From contig CAVVPN010000004.1 of the NCBI GenBank assembly GCA_963750165.1, positions 256,001 to 320,000 of the forward strand: a stretch of DNA of 64,000 nucleotides, written 5' to 3'. Of this stretch, positions 54,191-64,000 are shown in pieces. The DNA comes from an uncultured Gemmataceae bacterium. Lineage in GTDB: Bacteria; Planctomycetota; Planctomycetia; Gemmatales; Gemmataceae. The position numbers and the translations under genes are program-made. The notes under the pieces were generated by a model. That model had not been told where the DNA came from. It ran no database searches and worked only from the letters and a program-made list of their open reading frames with translations. Positions within the stretch are counted from its first letter, which is position 1, and every line of letters starts with the position of its first letter.

Positions 54191-54943
54191 TCATCGGGGA
54201 CGGACGAAGAGGGCGTTGTGGACCCCGAAGTAGTCCTTCTCCGGGACCACGGAATCCGTGTACAGGGTCACAAACCGGTAGCCGTGGCCGGCGAGCAACC
54301 GGTGAATTTCGATGAGGGTGCTGGTCTTGCTCGACCCGATGTCGATCGTGAAGACCTCGCAGAAGATGAAGCGAATCCGCCCCTCGGACAGCAACCGGGT
54401 GGAGCCCGTCAGGACCTGCAAGTCGCACCCCTCCGTGTCCGTCTTGAGCAGGTCGATGGCCGAGACGCCCTGCTGCTCGCAGAAGTGGTCGAGCGTCTCG
54501 ACCTGGACTTCGATGCGCCCGAACGGCGGCGGCTGGCCGGGATCCCAGCCGTCCCGCTCCGACAGGCTCGCCCATTCGGAGCGGTCGTAGAGGTTGAAGG
54601 GCTGGGTCCCGCGCTCGGCGCCCAGGGCCAGGCGCACGGGGTTGATCCGCGCCAGCCGAGCGGTGTTGCGCTGCAGTTGGTCAAACGTGGACGGGTTCGG
54701 CTCGAAGGCATGGACCGTGGCATTCGGGAAATGGTGCGCCACGCCGGCGCTGAAGTGCCCGACGTTGGCCCCGACATCGAACACTGTCCGGAACGAGTCC
54801 GCGCCGCCGAGCCGCCCCAGGTCGTCGAACAGGGACACGCCGAACGGGGCGGTCGCGCGCAGAAAATGGAAGCTGTCGGCCCGGATCAACTTGAGGCCGA
54901 GCGGCCGGAGGAGAGCGTTGACCGTGTTGCGGATTAGCGGCAT
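54191..54943 (-). CDS. FkbM family methyltransferase
   Basis: Motifs FDVGANVG, AFEP and LLKTDTEG. Confidence 0.9.
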   Translation of the reverse strand: MPLIRNTVNALLRPLGLKLIRADSFHFLRATAPFGVSLFDDLGRLGGADSFRTVFDVGANVGHFSAGVAHHFPNATVHAFEPNPSTFDQLQRNTARLARINPVRLALGAERGTQPFNLYDRSEWASLSERDGWDPGQPPPFGRIEVQVETLDHFCEQQGVSAIDLLKTDTEGCDLQVLTGSTRLLSEGRIRFIFCEVFTIDIGSSKTSTLIEIHRLLAGHGYRFVTLYTDSVVPEKDYFGVHNALFVRPR

Positions 54944-55011
54944 GGGGTGCCTTCGGCGATAAACAGGGTTCAGGCAGGTTCAACGAAACGGAGCCGTTGC
55001 AGGCGGGACGA

Positions 55012-56223
55012 TTACGTGGCCGTGTCCGGGACCGTCAGCGCGGCCAGAAACCGCCCCCGGACGTTGTCCGGCGAGAACTCCCGAACGCCGGCCGATACGC
55101 CGGCCGCGGCGACACGGGCGGCGTGGGCCGGGTCGGTCAGTCGTCGGAGCGGTTCCAGGAGGGCCGTCGGATCCGGGTCGGTGACCAGTTCGGCGGCGCC
55201 GAGGTGACCCGCGAGCCAACGGGCGGCCGAGCTGTAGGGCGGTGTCCACGCGAGGATCGGCAGCCCGATCGCGGTGTACTCGGCGAGCTTGCTCGGGAAG
55301 AGCGTCGCCACGTCCGTTGCCTCGCCGCGGGCGAAAGAGGTGGGGAGAAAGAGTGCGTCGGCAGTGTCGGACACCCGACGGCCCAGTTCCTCGGCGCAAA
55401 CCATCCGACCCGCCGGACGTTCGGCCGGTAAAGGCCGAATCCCCGCAGCTGGTCTTCCGAGGTCGGGACGTACAGGTCGAGGCGCCCGCCGATCTGGGCG
55501 AGGGCGCCGGCCAGCGCACCGAGGGCGTCCGCGGTACTCGGCCGCGGGACCGACCCGGCGTAGGCAACCACGAACGCGCCCGCGCGCGCAGGGCGGACGC
55601 GAACGCGGGGCTCGGGGCTGTCGTCACCCCGGGTCGGATACAGCACCACCCCCGAGCCGCCGTACCGCGCGGACCAGTGCTCGAGCATTCCCGGGCTGAC
55701 ACAGAACCGTTGGGCCGCGCGCCGCCACACCCGGCCGAGCGCCGGGCGCACGCCCAGCGAACCGCCGGCCGGACCCATCTGGGCTGGCTCTGGGTCATCT
55801 CGGTCGGCCAGTCGTCGTGGAGGATGAGGTGGAGCGGCACCCGGAGCCGGGCCGCGAGGTGGTCGGCGAGGAAAAACCCGAACCGGGCGGTGACCGTGAG
55901 CACGGCTTGCGGCTCGAACGCAGCCACCTCCCGGGCCAGGCGGGGCGCCCGGAGCGTGATGTAGCGCGCCATGTGGACTGGCCAGAAGGGGTTGAACCGG
56001 TTCCAGATGGCCTTCGGAATGCGGTAGTCGAACGGCCGGTAGGCCACCCCCGGAAGCCGAACGGGATCAGCCACCCCGGGCGTGGTGAGGCTGTAAATGA
56101 GGAGCCGGTCCGGCGGGTACGCCTGGAGGAGGCGGAACAGGACCAGGCACCCCCCGACCGTTTTCTCGACGGGCATCTCACCCAGCACGAGCAAGCGCGG
56201 GGGTTGACGCGGGCCGGCGCCGG

Positions 56224-56227
<4 letters not shown>
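55012..56227 (-). CDS. GT4-like glycosyltransferase, with two apparent frameshifts near 55745 and 55395
   Basis: The GTG start overlaps the upstream stop. [16 protein letters not shown] and [16 protein letters not shown] lie in three successive frames. Confidence 0.7.
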
Positions 56228-57279
<1,052 letters not shown>

Positions 57280-57298
57280 AAACGCGATCCCGGTCGGA

Positions 57299-58096
57299 CT
57301 ACGGTTGCGGCAGCAGCAGCAGGTTCTCGTGGGCGGCGAGCTGGAAGTTCAGGGCCCGCGGGTCGAGGGCCAGCGGGTACAGTTCGGGGATCAGGAAGGC
57401 GTCGTACCGGGTCCGGGCGGCGAGCCGCAGCATATCCTCCGGCTGGCACCCGTATGCCACGAAGTTCTTCGCGCACCACTCGGTGACGACCACCGGCCGG
57501 CACGCCGCCAGGCATTCGACCGCCCCGGCCAGCACACCCAGCTCGGCCCCCTCGACATCCACCTTCAGCAGGGACACGTCGGGCCGCCCGCGGGCCTGCC
57601 ACTCGGCGTCGATGCTGGCGGTCGGGACTTTGATCTGTTCGGTCGCGGACGAGCCCCGGCCGGTGTCCCGCAGTCCCTCGAACACGTCCGCCCCCGTACT
57701 GTGGACCGTGAAGGTCACCTCCCCGCCGGGGTGCTCGGTGACCGCTTTCGGGACGACCTCCCAGCGGTCGCGGAAGCGGCTCTCGTCGCGCGTCCGGCTC
57801 AGGTGGGACAGGACGGTCGGCGACGGCTCGAAGGACACCACCCGGACGTCCGCGTGCCGGTCCAGGACGGTCAGGGCCGAGACGCCAATGTTGGCCCCGA
57901 CGTCGAACATCATTGTTCCGGGCCGGGCCGCGGTGATCAACAAGGCGGACACGTCGGCCTCCCAGTGCCCGCTCCGCAGCAGGCTCAGGGCGACCAGGGA
58001 GTTGTGCGGGAAGTACAGCGGGCCGCCCAGCCAGGGCATGACGCCGCGGCGGTTGGACCGCCAGACGCGATAACGGTGTCGGTAGCGGGAGAACAC
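57299..58096 (-). CDS. FkbM family methyltransferase
   Basis: Motifs [12 protein letters not shown] and [10 protein letters not shown]; the GTG start is inferred. Confidence 0.88.
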   Translation of the reverse strand: MFSRYRHRYRVWRSNRRGVMPWLGGPLYFPHNSLVALSLLRSGHWEADVSALLITAARPGTMMFDVGANIGVSALTVLDRHADVRVVSFEPSPTVLSHLSRTRDESRFRDRWEVVPKAVTEHPGGEVTFTVHSTGADVFEGLRDTGRGSSATEQIKVPTASIDAEWQARGRPDVSLLKVDVEGAELGVLAGAVECLAACRPVVVTEWCAKNFVAYGCQPEDMLRLAARTRYDAFLIPELYPLALDPRALNFQLAAHENLLLLPQP

Positions 58097-58098
58097 GG

Positions 58099-58821
58099 CT
58101 ACTTCGGCTCCGGAGCACGCGTGAACAACCCGTTCACCTGCAGCAGTTCGCCCGCCGGCCCGAGGAACTCGGGGGCCAGGCCCCGGAGATACAGTTGCCG
58201 GGCGTGCAGGTGTTCGATCACCTCGTGGATCAGGCAGGCCCCGTCGTAGAGTTGCACGAAGGACAGTTCGACCCACACCGCCCGGGTCCGGGCGAGGGTT
58301 TGCGCACCGCCCCGAAGCACCTGGAGTTCGTTCCCCTGGGTGTCGAGCTTCAGCAGGTCGAGCCGGTCGATGCCGGCGCCGGCGGTGAAGTGGTCCAGCG
58401 TGTCCACCGGGCAGGTCTCGGTCTCGCGCACGCCGAGCGGCAAGTGCCGCAGCTCGGGCAGGTCCGCCTTGATCGGCAGCAACGACGCCGTCATGTCCAT
58501 GCCGCGGCTGACCTCCAGCTCGACCGTGCCGGCCCGGTCGGCCAGGGCCAGCCAATGCACCGAGAACCGGGGCGGGGGAAACCGGCGGGTCAACTCGTCC
58601 GTCAGTCGCCGCTGGGGCTCGACCAGCCACGCCCGGGCCACGGGGAACCAGCCGGCCAGGTCGGTGGCGAACTGGCCGCAATTGGCCCCGACGTCCAGCA
58701 CGGTGAGCGGGCCGGCGCCGGCCGCCCAGGTGCGCAGCGGCTCGGGATGCGGGTTCGTGGGGCGGAGCCAACGGCGGAGCCGGCGCGGGACGGCGCGCAG
58801 CAGACGGGTCAGGTCGCGCAT
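58099..58821 (-). CDS. FkbM family methyltransferase
   Basis: Motifs LDVGANCG and LLKLDTQGNEL. Confidence 0.88.
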   Translation of the reverse strand: MRDLTRLLRAVPRRLRRWLRPTNPHPEPLRTWAAGAGPLTVLDVGANCGQFATDLAGWFPVARAWLVEPQRRLTDELTRRFPPPRFSVHWLALADRAGTVELEVSRGMDMTASLLPIKADLPELRHLPLGVRETETCPVDTLDHFTAGAGIDRLDLLKLDTQGNELQVLRGGAQTLARTRAVWVELSFVQLYDGACLIHEVIEHLHARQLYLRGLAPEFLGPAGELLQVNGLFTRAPEPK

Positions 58822-60074
58822 CGGGGTCGATCCGGAAGGGGGGTTGGCTCGGCGGCGACCAGCACCGACCGCAGTTCGTAGTTTCCCACTCCCCACTGCT
58901 GGTGCAGCCGGCGGACGGCGGGTGGCCGGGGCGGGGGGTGCAACTCGAACGTCAGGCAGTTGTCCAGCCGGTCCAAATAACTGGCGTCGGGGTAGGTGAG
59001 ATCCAGCCCGACCAGGTAGCCACCGACCGCCAGGCTGGCCCCGTCGAACTGCCCGGTCACCCGCGTCCATCCCGGGGTCAGGTGGACCAGTGAGGTCGGG
59101 TTCAGCGTCCCGAGCGAGCCGAAGCCGACCGGCGTGCCGGCCCGGTCATACAGCCGCAGGTCCAGGGTGACCGCGGTGGCGTGGTCCGACTGGACGACCA
59201 CGGTGAGCGTCAGGATCGGTCCGGCCTCAGCCTCGGTCAGTGCCAGTTCGGCGGACACGATGCCCACCCCGGCCGGCTCCCGGTCCCGCACGAAGGACTG
59301 CCCCGGGGCATGCCGGTTCAGGTAGAAGGCGACCGCCTCGGTGGCCGGGCCGATCCGGGCGACCGCGCCTTGCTCCAGAACCACGGCGGTGCGGCACAGG
59401 GCCTGGACCGCGCTCATGTTGTGCGACACGAACAGCACCGTCCGCCCGCCCCGCGCCACCTCGCCCATCTTGCCCAGGCATTTCTTCTGAAACTCGGCGT
59501 CGCCGACCGCCAGCACCTCGTCCACGACCAGGATTTCCGGCTCCAGGTGGGCGGCGACCGCGAACGCCAGCCGCGTGTACATGCCGCTGGAGTAGTGCTT
59601 GACCGGCGTGTCGATGAACTGCTCCACTTCCGCGAAGCCGACGATGTCCTCGAACTTCCTGGTGATTTCCACTCGCTTCATGCCGAGGATGGCCCCGTTC
59701 AGATAGATGTTCTCGCGGCCGGTCAGTTCCGGGTGGAAGCCGGTGCCCACTTCGAGCAGACTGCCGACGCGGCCGTGGATGTCCGCCTCGCCCTCGGTCG
59801 GTTCGGTGATGCGACTCAGGATTTTGAGCAGCGTGCTCTTGCCGGCCCCGTTGCGGCCGATGACGCCGACCACCTCGCCGCGCCGCACCTCGAACGACAC
59901 GTCGCGCAGCGCCCAGAAAGTGGGCCGGCCCTCGGCCCCGCGGGCGCGCCGCAGCAGTCGCCGCAGGGAGGTCCACTTGCGAATCTGGTCGCGCAGGGTG
60001 GTGTACCGCTCCTTCGTCTCGCCGAGCCGGTACTGCTTGCCCAGACCTGCCACGCGCACCGCCACGTCGCTCAC
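58809..60074 (-). CDS. wzt: Polysaccharide ABC exporter ATPase with a C-terminal Wzt_C-like domain
   Basis: Motifs GRNGAGKST, GFHPELTGREN, YSSGM and DEVLAVGD, plus a beta-rich C-terminal extension. Confidence 0.9.
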   Translation of the reverse strand: MSDVAVRVAGLGKQYRLGETKERYTTLRDQIRKWTSLRRLLRRARGAEGRPTFWALRDVSFEVRRGEVVGVIGRNGAGKSTLLKILSRITEPTEGEADIHGRVGSLLEVGTGFHPELTGRENIYLNGAILGMKRVEITRKFEDIVGFAEVEQFIDTPVKHYSSGMYTRLAFAVAAHLEPEILVVDEVLAVGDAEFQKKCLGKMGEVARGGRTVLFVSHNMSAVQALCRTAVVLEQGAVARIGPATEAVAFYLNRHAPGQSFVRDREPAGVGIVSAELALTEAEAGPILTLTVVVQSDHATAVTLDLRLYDRAGTPVGFGSLGTLNPTSLVHLTPGWTRVTGQFDGASLAVGGYLVGLDLTYPDASYLDRLDNCLTFELHPPPRPPAVRRLHQQWGVGNYELRSVLVAAEPTPLPDRPRCAT

Positions 60075-60091
60075 GGCCGACACCCCCCCAG

Positions 60092-60970
60092 TCAAACCAC
60101 GTCGGCGAAGGTCCGCTCCAGCCGTCGGAAGTAGAACAACCCGCCAGCCAGCAGCGCCACCACCACCGCGGCCGACACGGCGAGCAGCGCCACGTCCACG
60201 TTCCCCGTGCCCAGCAGCGCCCAGCGGAAGCTTTCGACCACGCCCGCCATCGGATTGAGCCCGTACAGCGGCCGCCATTCCGCCGGCACCAGCGAACTCG
60301 GATACGCCACCGGCGTCAGGAACAGCCACATCTGCGTCAGGAACGGGATGGTGTAGCGCACGTCGCGATACTGCACGTTCAGGGCCGCCAACCACAGCCC
60401 GACCGCCAGCGCCGCGGCCAGGGCGAACAGCACCAGCAGCGGCACCGCCAGCAGCGCCCACGTCAGCGGCACCGCGTACCACACCATCAGCCCCAGCACC
60501 AGCACGAACGCCACGGCGAAGTCCACCAGCCCTGACAGCACCGACGCCAGCGGCACCGCCAGCCGCGGGAAGTACACCTTCGTGATGAGTCGCTGTTCGT
60601 TCACCAGGCTGTTGCTCGACTGCGTCAGGGCGTAGCTGAACAGCTGCCACGGCAGCAGCGCCGTCAGCACGAACAGCGGGTAGGGCAGGCCGTCCGAGGG
60701 CAGCTTGCCGAGGTTGCCAAAGAAGATCGTGAACACCAGCGCCGTGAACAGCGGCTGGATCACCGCCCAGGCCACGCCCAGCGCCGTCTGCTTGTAGCGC
60801 AGCTTCACATCGCGCAGAGCCAGGAACCACAGCAGTTCGCGGTAGCGCCACAGTTCCGTCAGGTGCAGGGCGCGCCAGCCGGCGCTCGGGCGGATGCGCA
60901 CGACTTCGGTTACCGGCACCGTCTCCGGGACCGCGGGGGTCTGTGGCGACCGCTCAAGGATCGAGGACAT
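60092..60970 (-). CDS. wzm: Polysaccharide ABC exporter permease
   Basis: Motifs RDVKLRYKQTALG, LITKVYFPR, YRDV and LNPM. Confidence 0.92.
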   Translation of the reverse strand: MSSILERSPQTPAVPETVPVTEVVRIRPSAGWRALHLTELWRYRELLWFLALRDVKLRYKQTALGVAWAVIQPLFTALVFTIFFGNLGKLPSDGLPYPLFVLTALLPWQLFSYALTQSSNSLVNEQRLITKVYFPRLAVPLASVLSGLVDFAVAFVLVLGLMVWYAVPLTWALLAVPLLVLFALAAALAVGLWLAALNVQYRDVRYTIPFLTQMWLFLTPVAYPSSLVPAEWRPLYGLNPMAGVVESFRWALLGTGNVDVALLAVSAAVVVALLAGGLFYFRRLERTFADVV

Positions 60971-61005
60971 GGGGTTCCCTGGGTGGAATTCCGCCGGCCG
61001 ACTGC

Positions 61006-62052
61006 TTACACCAGCGCCGAACTTCCGGGTTCACTGGCCGCTCCGGGGGCAACCGGGGTTTCGGCCCCCGCTGCCCGGGGCGGTGCGGTCGGCCTGCGTC
61101 GAGCGAGGCGCCGCACCAGCCGGACGCCGTGGCGGAGCGGGTAATCCACCCAGATCGGCAACAACGTCTTCAGCCGCCCCCACGGGTCACCGGCAAACCA
61201 GCCGCTGCGCACCATGGCGGCGAGCCACCGCCGCTGCGTCCTGCAGGCCAGCCCGCGGCCCCACGGTTTGCGGCGGCCAATGAAATGGATGATCCCCCCC
61301 GTGTTCAGCAACTCGGCCCGCCGGGGGGCCACCGCGGCGGTGACCCAGCTGGGGTCCATGCTGTGGAACAGGGCGTCAAATTCGATGTACGCGGGGACGT
61401 TCCAGCGCAAATCGACGGGCTTGCACACCTGACACAGGACCGCGTTCACCCCGTCCTGGTCGGCGTAGCGGTTCAACGCCCGGTAGCGCTGGCAGTGCTC
61501 CAGAATCCGCCGGGCGACTCCCTCGCGCCGCCACCAGTCCAGGTTCATGACGAGGACGCCGGCGTTGATGTACCGGGCGTCCGCGGGCAGGCCCAGTTCG
61601 GCCCAGTTGGGCAGGCACGCCGGCGCGGACACGCACGGGCCGCCGTACTCCGGCACCGCCGCGATGGCGTGACCGTCGGAACGCTCGGCCCACAGCCCCT
61701 GCAGGCTGTCCTGCACGAGCAGGTCGCTGTCCAGGTAAATGGCCTGGGATACCTCTGGCGGCAGACTCTCCGGAACCAGCACCCGCAGGTAGGTCATCGG
61801 CCCGAAACGGCCCAGTGGCACGCCGGCCAGCACGTCGAGCCGCGGCCGGACGAAGTGCAGTGTCACGTCGCGGCCGGCGTTGGCCACGGTCCGGACGAGT
61901 CGGCCGCGCGTGGGCTCGGTCAGGCCGCCGTCGAGGACGTACACGTCGCAGCCCTCGTCGGGCCGCAGCCGCTCGGCAGCCGAAAACAGCGTCACGGCCA
62001 GCGGCAGCGCGAAGACCTCGTCGGCCCCGGTCGCGATCACGATGCGGGACAT
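61006..62052 (-). CDS. Glycosyltransferase family 8
   Basis: Motifs YLDSD, YINAGV, DQDGVN and IIHFIGRRKPW. Confidence 0.9.
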   Translation of the reverse strand: MSRIVIATGADEVFALPLAVTLFSAAERLRPDEGCDVYVLDGGLTEPTRGRLVRTVANAGRDVTLHFVRPRLDVLAGVPLGRFGPMTYLRVLVPESLPPEVSQAIYLDSDLLVQDSLQGLWAERSDGHAIAAVPEYGGPCVSAPACLPNWAELGLPADARYINAGVLVMNLDWWRREGVARRILEHCQRYRALNRYADQDGVNAVLCQVCKPVDLRWNVPAYIEFDALFHSMDPSWVTAAVAPRRAELLNTGGIIHFIGRRKPWGRGLACRTQRRWLAAMVRSGWFAGDPWGRLKTLLPIWVDYPLRHGVRLVRRLARRRPTAPPRAAGAETPVAPGAASEPGSSALV

Positions 62053-62107
62053 GGAACCTCCCCGCTGCACTGGAGCGGTTCGCAAATGGCAGGCGCACAC
62101 CACGTGG

Positions 62108-62917
62108 TCAACGCGCTGGCGAACCGCTCTGGGCACGAGGCCGCGAGCCACGCCACCACCGCACGGCCCGCCGGGCGTGCGGCAGGAGCCAGCCCAGAGT
62201 CAACCAGTGGATCCGTTGACGACGCAACCAGGCCGCCACCTCGCGCGAGTGGGTTACCAGGTACGGGTCCCGGACCGCCGGGCAGTCCCGCAAAAAAATG
62301 CCGAACGTCACCCCCGTCAGTTTGCGGGCCGTGAACGGTATTGCCTGCTGCCGGAGATCGGACACGATTCTTCGGAGGGCGCGATGGACGATGAAATCGT
62401 CGTGAAAACAGATCGCCGCGTTGGGGGCACACACCCGGAGGCAAAAGGCGAAGTCGGAGAGCACGGAGGCGCAGGTATGCTCGCCGTCGATGAAGCAGTA
62501 GTCCGGGGCCGCGGGCAGGTCAGCCGGATGAATGTCGCGCGCGTCCGCGTCAATGCAGGTCATCTTGTCCAGCTGGTCCGGCGCGACACCGCGAAGGTTG
62601 TCCAGCATCCGTGTCGTGGAGTTTCCCTCGTAGAAGTAGTCCAGGCCGCGGCCGTCGGGCTGGCTGGGCGGCCGCTTGTCGATGGACACAATTTTCCGGC
62701 AGCGGGGGTCCAGCAGATGCTGCTGGATACTGCCGCCGAGGTGCGAACCGATCTCCAGGTAGACATACCCGGATGGCTCACGGAGGGACCGCTGGACGGC
62801 GAGCCATGCCTGGCGGTCGCCGTGGCTCGACTGTGACGGGATCGCGTCGAACAAGGTCACGTCGAGCGCCTCGATGCGCGCTGCGATGTCACTGCCGACC
62901 TCTTGCATGTTTTGCAT
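62108..62917 (-). CDS. Class I SAM-dependent methyltransferase (Methyltransf_24-like)
   Basis: Motifs YLEIGSHLGGS, FIDGEH and FHD. Confidence 0.82.
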   Translation of the reverse strand: MQNMQEVGSDIAARIEALDVTLFDAIPSQSSHGDRQAWLAVQRSLREPSGYVYLEIGSHLGGSIQQHLLDPRCRKIVSIDKRPPSQPDGRGLDYFYEGNSTTRMLDNLRGVAPDQLDKMTCIDADARDIHPADLPAAPDYCFIDGEHTCASVLSDFAFCLRVCAPNAAICFHDDFIVHRALRRIVSDLRQQAIPFTARKLTGVTFGIFLRDCPAVRDPYLVTHSREVAAWLRRQRIHWLTLGWLLPHARRAVRWWRGSRPRAQSGSPAR

Positions 62918-62998
62918 GGTTCCGCCTCCCCCTTCGCAGGCCGCCCCGCGAACGCCACGTCCCTTGCCCGGGTGCTGAGCCCGCCCGAGGCGCGGCCT

Positions 62999-63787
62999 TC
63001 ACTTCGCCCCGTTCCCGAACCGTTTCCATAACCGGTGTTTGATCGAACGCTTGACGATGCTCGGGAACCCCCAGATCACCTGCCGCAAGGTGACGTGCTT
63101 GTCCGCCGGAACGTGTGCCATGTACATCCGCGGATGCACCAGGGAGAGAGGCGGCCCGCCCTGGAATTCGAACTCCCGGAGGAGCGCGGCGTAGCGGTCG
63201 AGCGCCGCCCGCTTGACGAAGAACACCATGTTCTGCGCGTAAATCCAGGTCTCGTGCTGCCCCAGGTGGTCCCAGAGTCGGCGCCGCAACGGGTCCACGC
63301 CGACGTACTGCCGCTGAGCCCACTTCTCGACCCAGTAGGACAGCCATTGTTCGTTGACGTGGTGCGTGCCCCCCTGATACGGGGCCGCGGCCGAAAACAG
63401 CACCACGTCGCCGTGGCCGGCGAGGGAGTCGATGAACGACTCGGCGCAGGCAGGCGGCAGGTGTTCGGCCACTTCCAGGCAGACCACCAGGTCAAACGTC
63501 CTGCCCAGCGAAAAGGGTTTTTCGAGGTCCACCCGCCGGAAGCAGGGTTCCGGGATGAGCAGCTGGGACGCCGAGACCCAGGGCCCGTCCACCCCGAACA
63601 CGTCGGCCACCCCACGCTCGGAGAAGTGTTTCAACCACCCCCCCGTCCCGCAGCCCACGTCCAGAACCGAAGTCGGCCGGACCATTTCCAGGACCAGGGG
63701 AACGACGACGCCGGCCGCGTGGTCGGCTCCGCGGTCCATGTTCTTGAAGAAGGACTGGTCGTACCCAGGATTGGCAGGGTTGAGCAT
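62999..63787 (-). CDS. Class I SAM-dependent methyltransferase
   Basis: Motifs VLDVGCGTG, CLEVAEHL and QGGTHHVNEQ. Confidence 0.88.
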   Translation of the reverse strand: MLNPANPGYDQSFFKNMDRGADHAAGVVVPLVLEMVRPTSVLDVGCGTGGWLKHFSERGVADVFGVDGPWVSASQLLIPEPCFRRVDLEKPFSLGRTFDLVVCLEVAEHLPPACAESFIDSLAGHGDVVLFSAAAPYQGGTHHVNEQWLSYWVEKWAQRQYVGVDPLRRRLWDHLGQHETWIYAQNMVFFVKRAALDRYAALLREFEFQGGPPLSLVHPRMYMAHVPADKHVTLRQVIWGFPSIVKRSIKHRLWKRFGNGAK

Positions 63788-64000
63788 GAGGAAGGTAGTC
63801 CTCGGAGGTAATTCCTGGAAGGGGCAAGATCAGGTGCGGCGGCCCCACGAGGGCCGCCTGCCGCGCCCGCTGGGACGCCGGGCGACAGGCGGCGTGCTCA
63901 CGACAGGGGCACTCCCGCGTACGGCGGTGGGGACAGCGGCCGCGGCCTGGCGTTCTCGGCGCGGGCCGGACACCGTCTCGGCCGGAGCGCCCGAGGCTGC

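Noticed and set aside
63830..64000. Open minus-strand frame ending at TGA 63830, possibly the tail of the next gene
   Set aside because: It is only 57 low-complexity codons at the window edge and cannot be supported as a CDS.

Overview
This is GC-rich bacterial DNA, very probably from a planctomycete. The evidence is a DUF1501 protein, a TIGR03067-like protein, an ECF sigma factor next to a Ser/Thr kinase, and an LExLExR-type N-terminal motif. Positions 1-45 kb are mixed core and accessory genes. They include the 3' part of a large secreted subtilase/PKD protein, aat, a HEAT-repeat protein, a histidine kinase, hydrolases, mog, an iron-containing ADH, a NYN-LOTUS protein, Rrf2, queF, rimK with its protease, an S9 peptidase, gpmA, pgi with a DUF2090 aldolase-like gene, and DUF4214, CBS and Dabb proteins. 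Positions 45.2-64 kb form one minus-strand Wzm/Wzt surface-polysaccharide locus with 8 glycosyltransferase-like genes, 7 SAM methyltransferases and an SDR epimerase; it probably continues past the window end. The intergenic DNA is densely filled with several unrelated palindromic (REP-like) families. There is also a lone attC-like site, and a candidate three-way-junction leader RNA behind a near-consensus sigma70 promoter upstream of the Rrf2 gene. About ten frameshifts in otherwise intact genes, including pgi, suggest assembly indel errors. I found no tRNA, rRNA, CRISPR array, transposase or integrase. All family calls come from motif recognition by eye, not from database searches.
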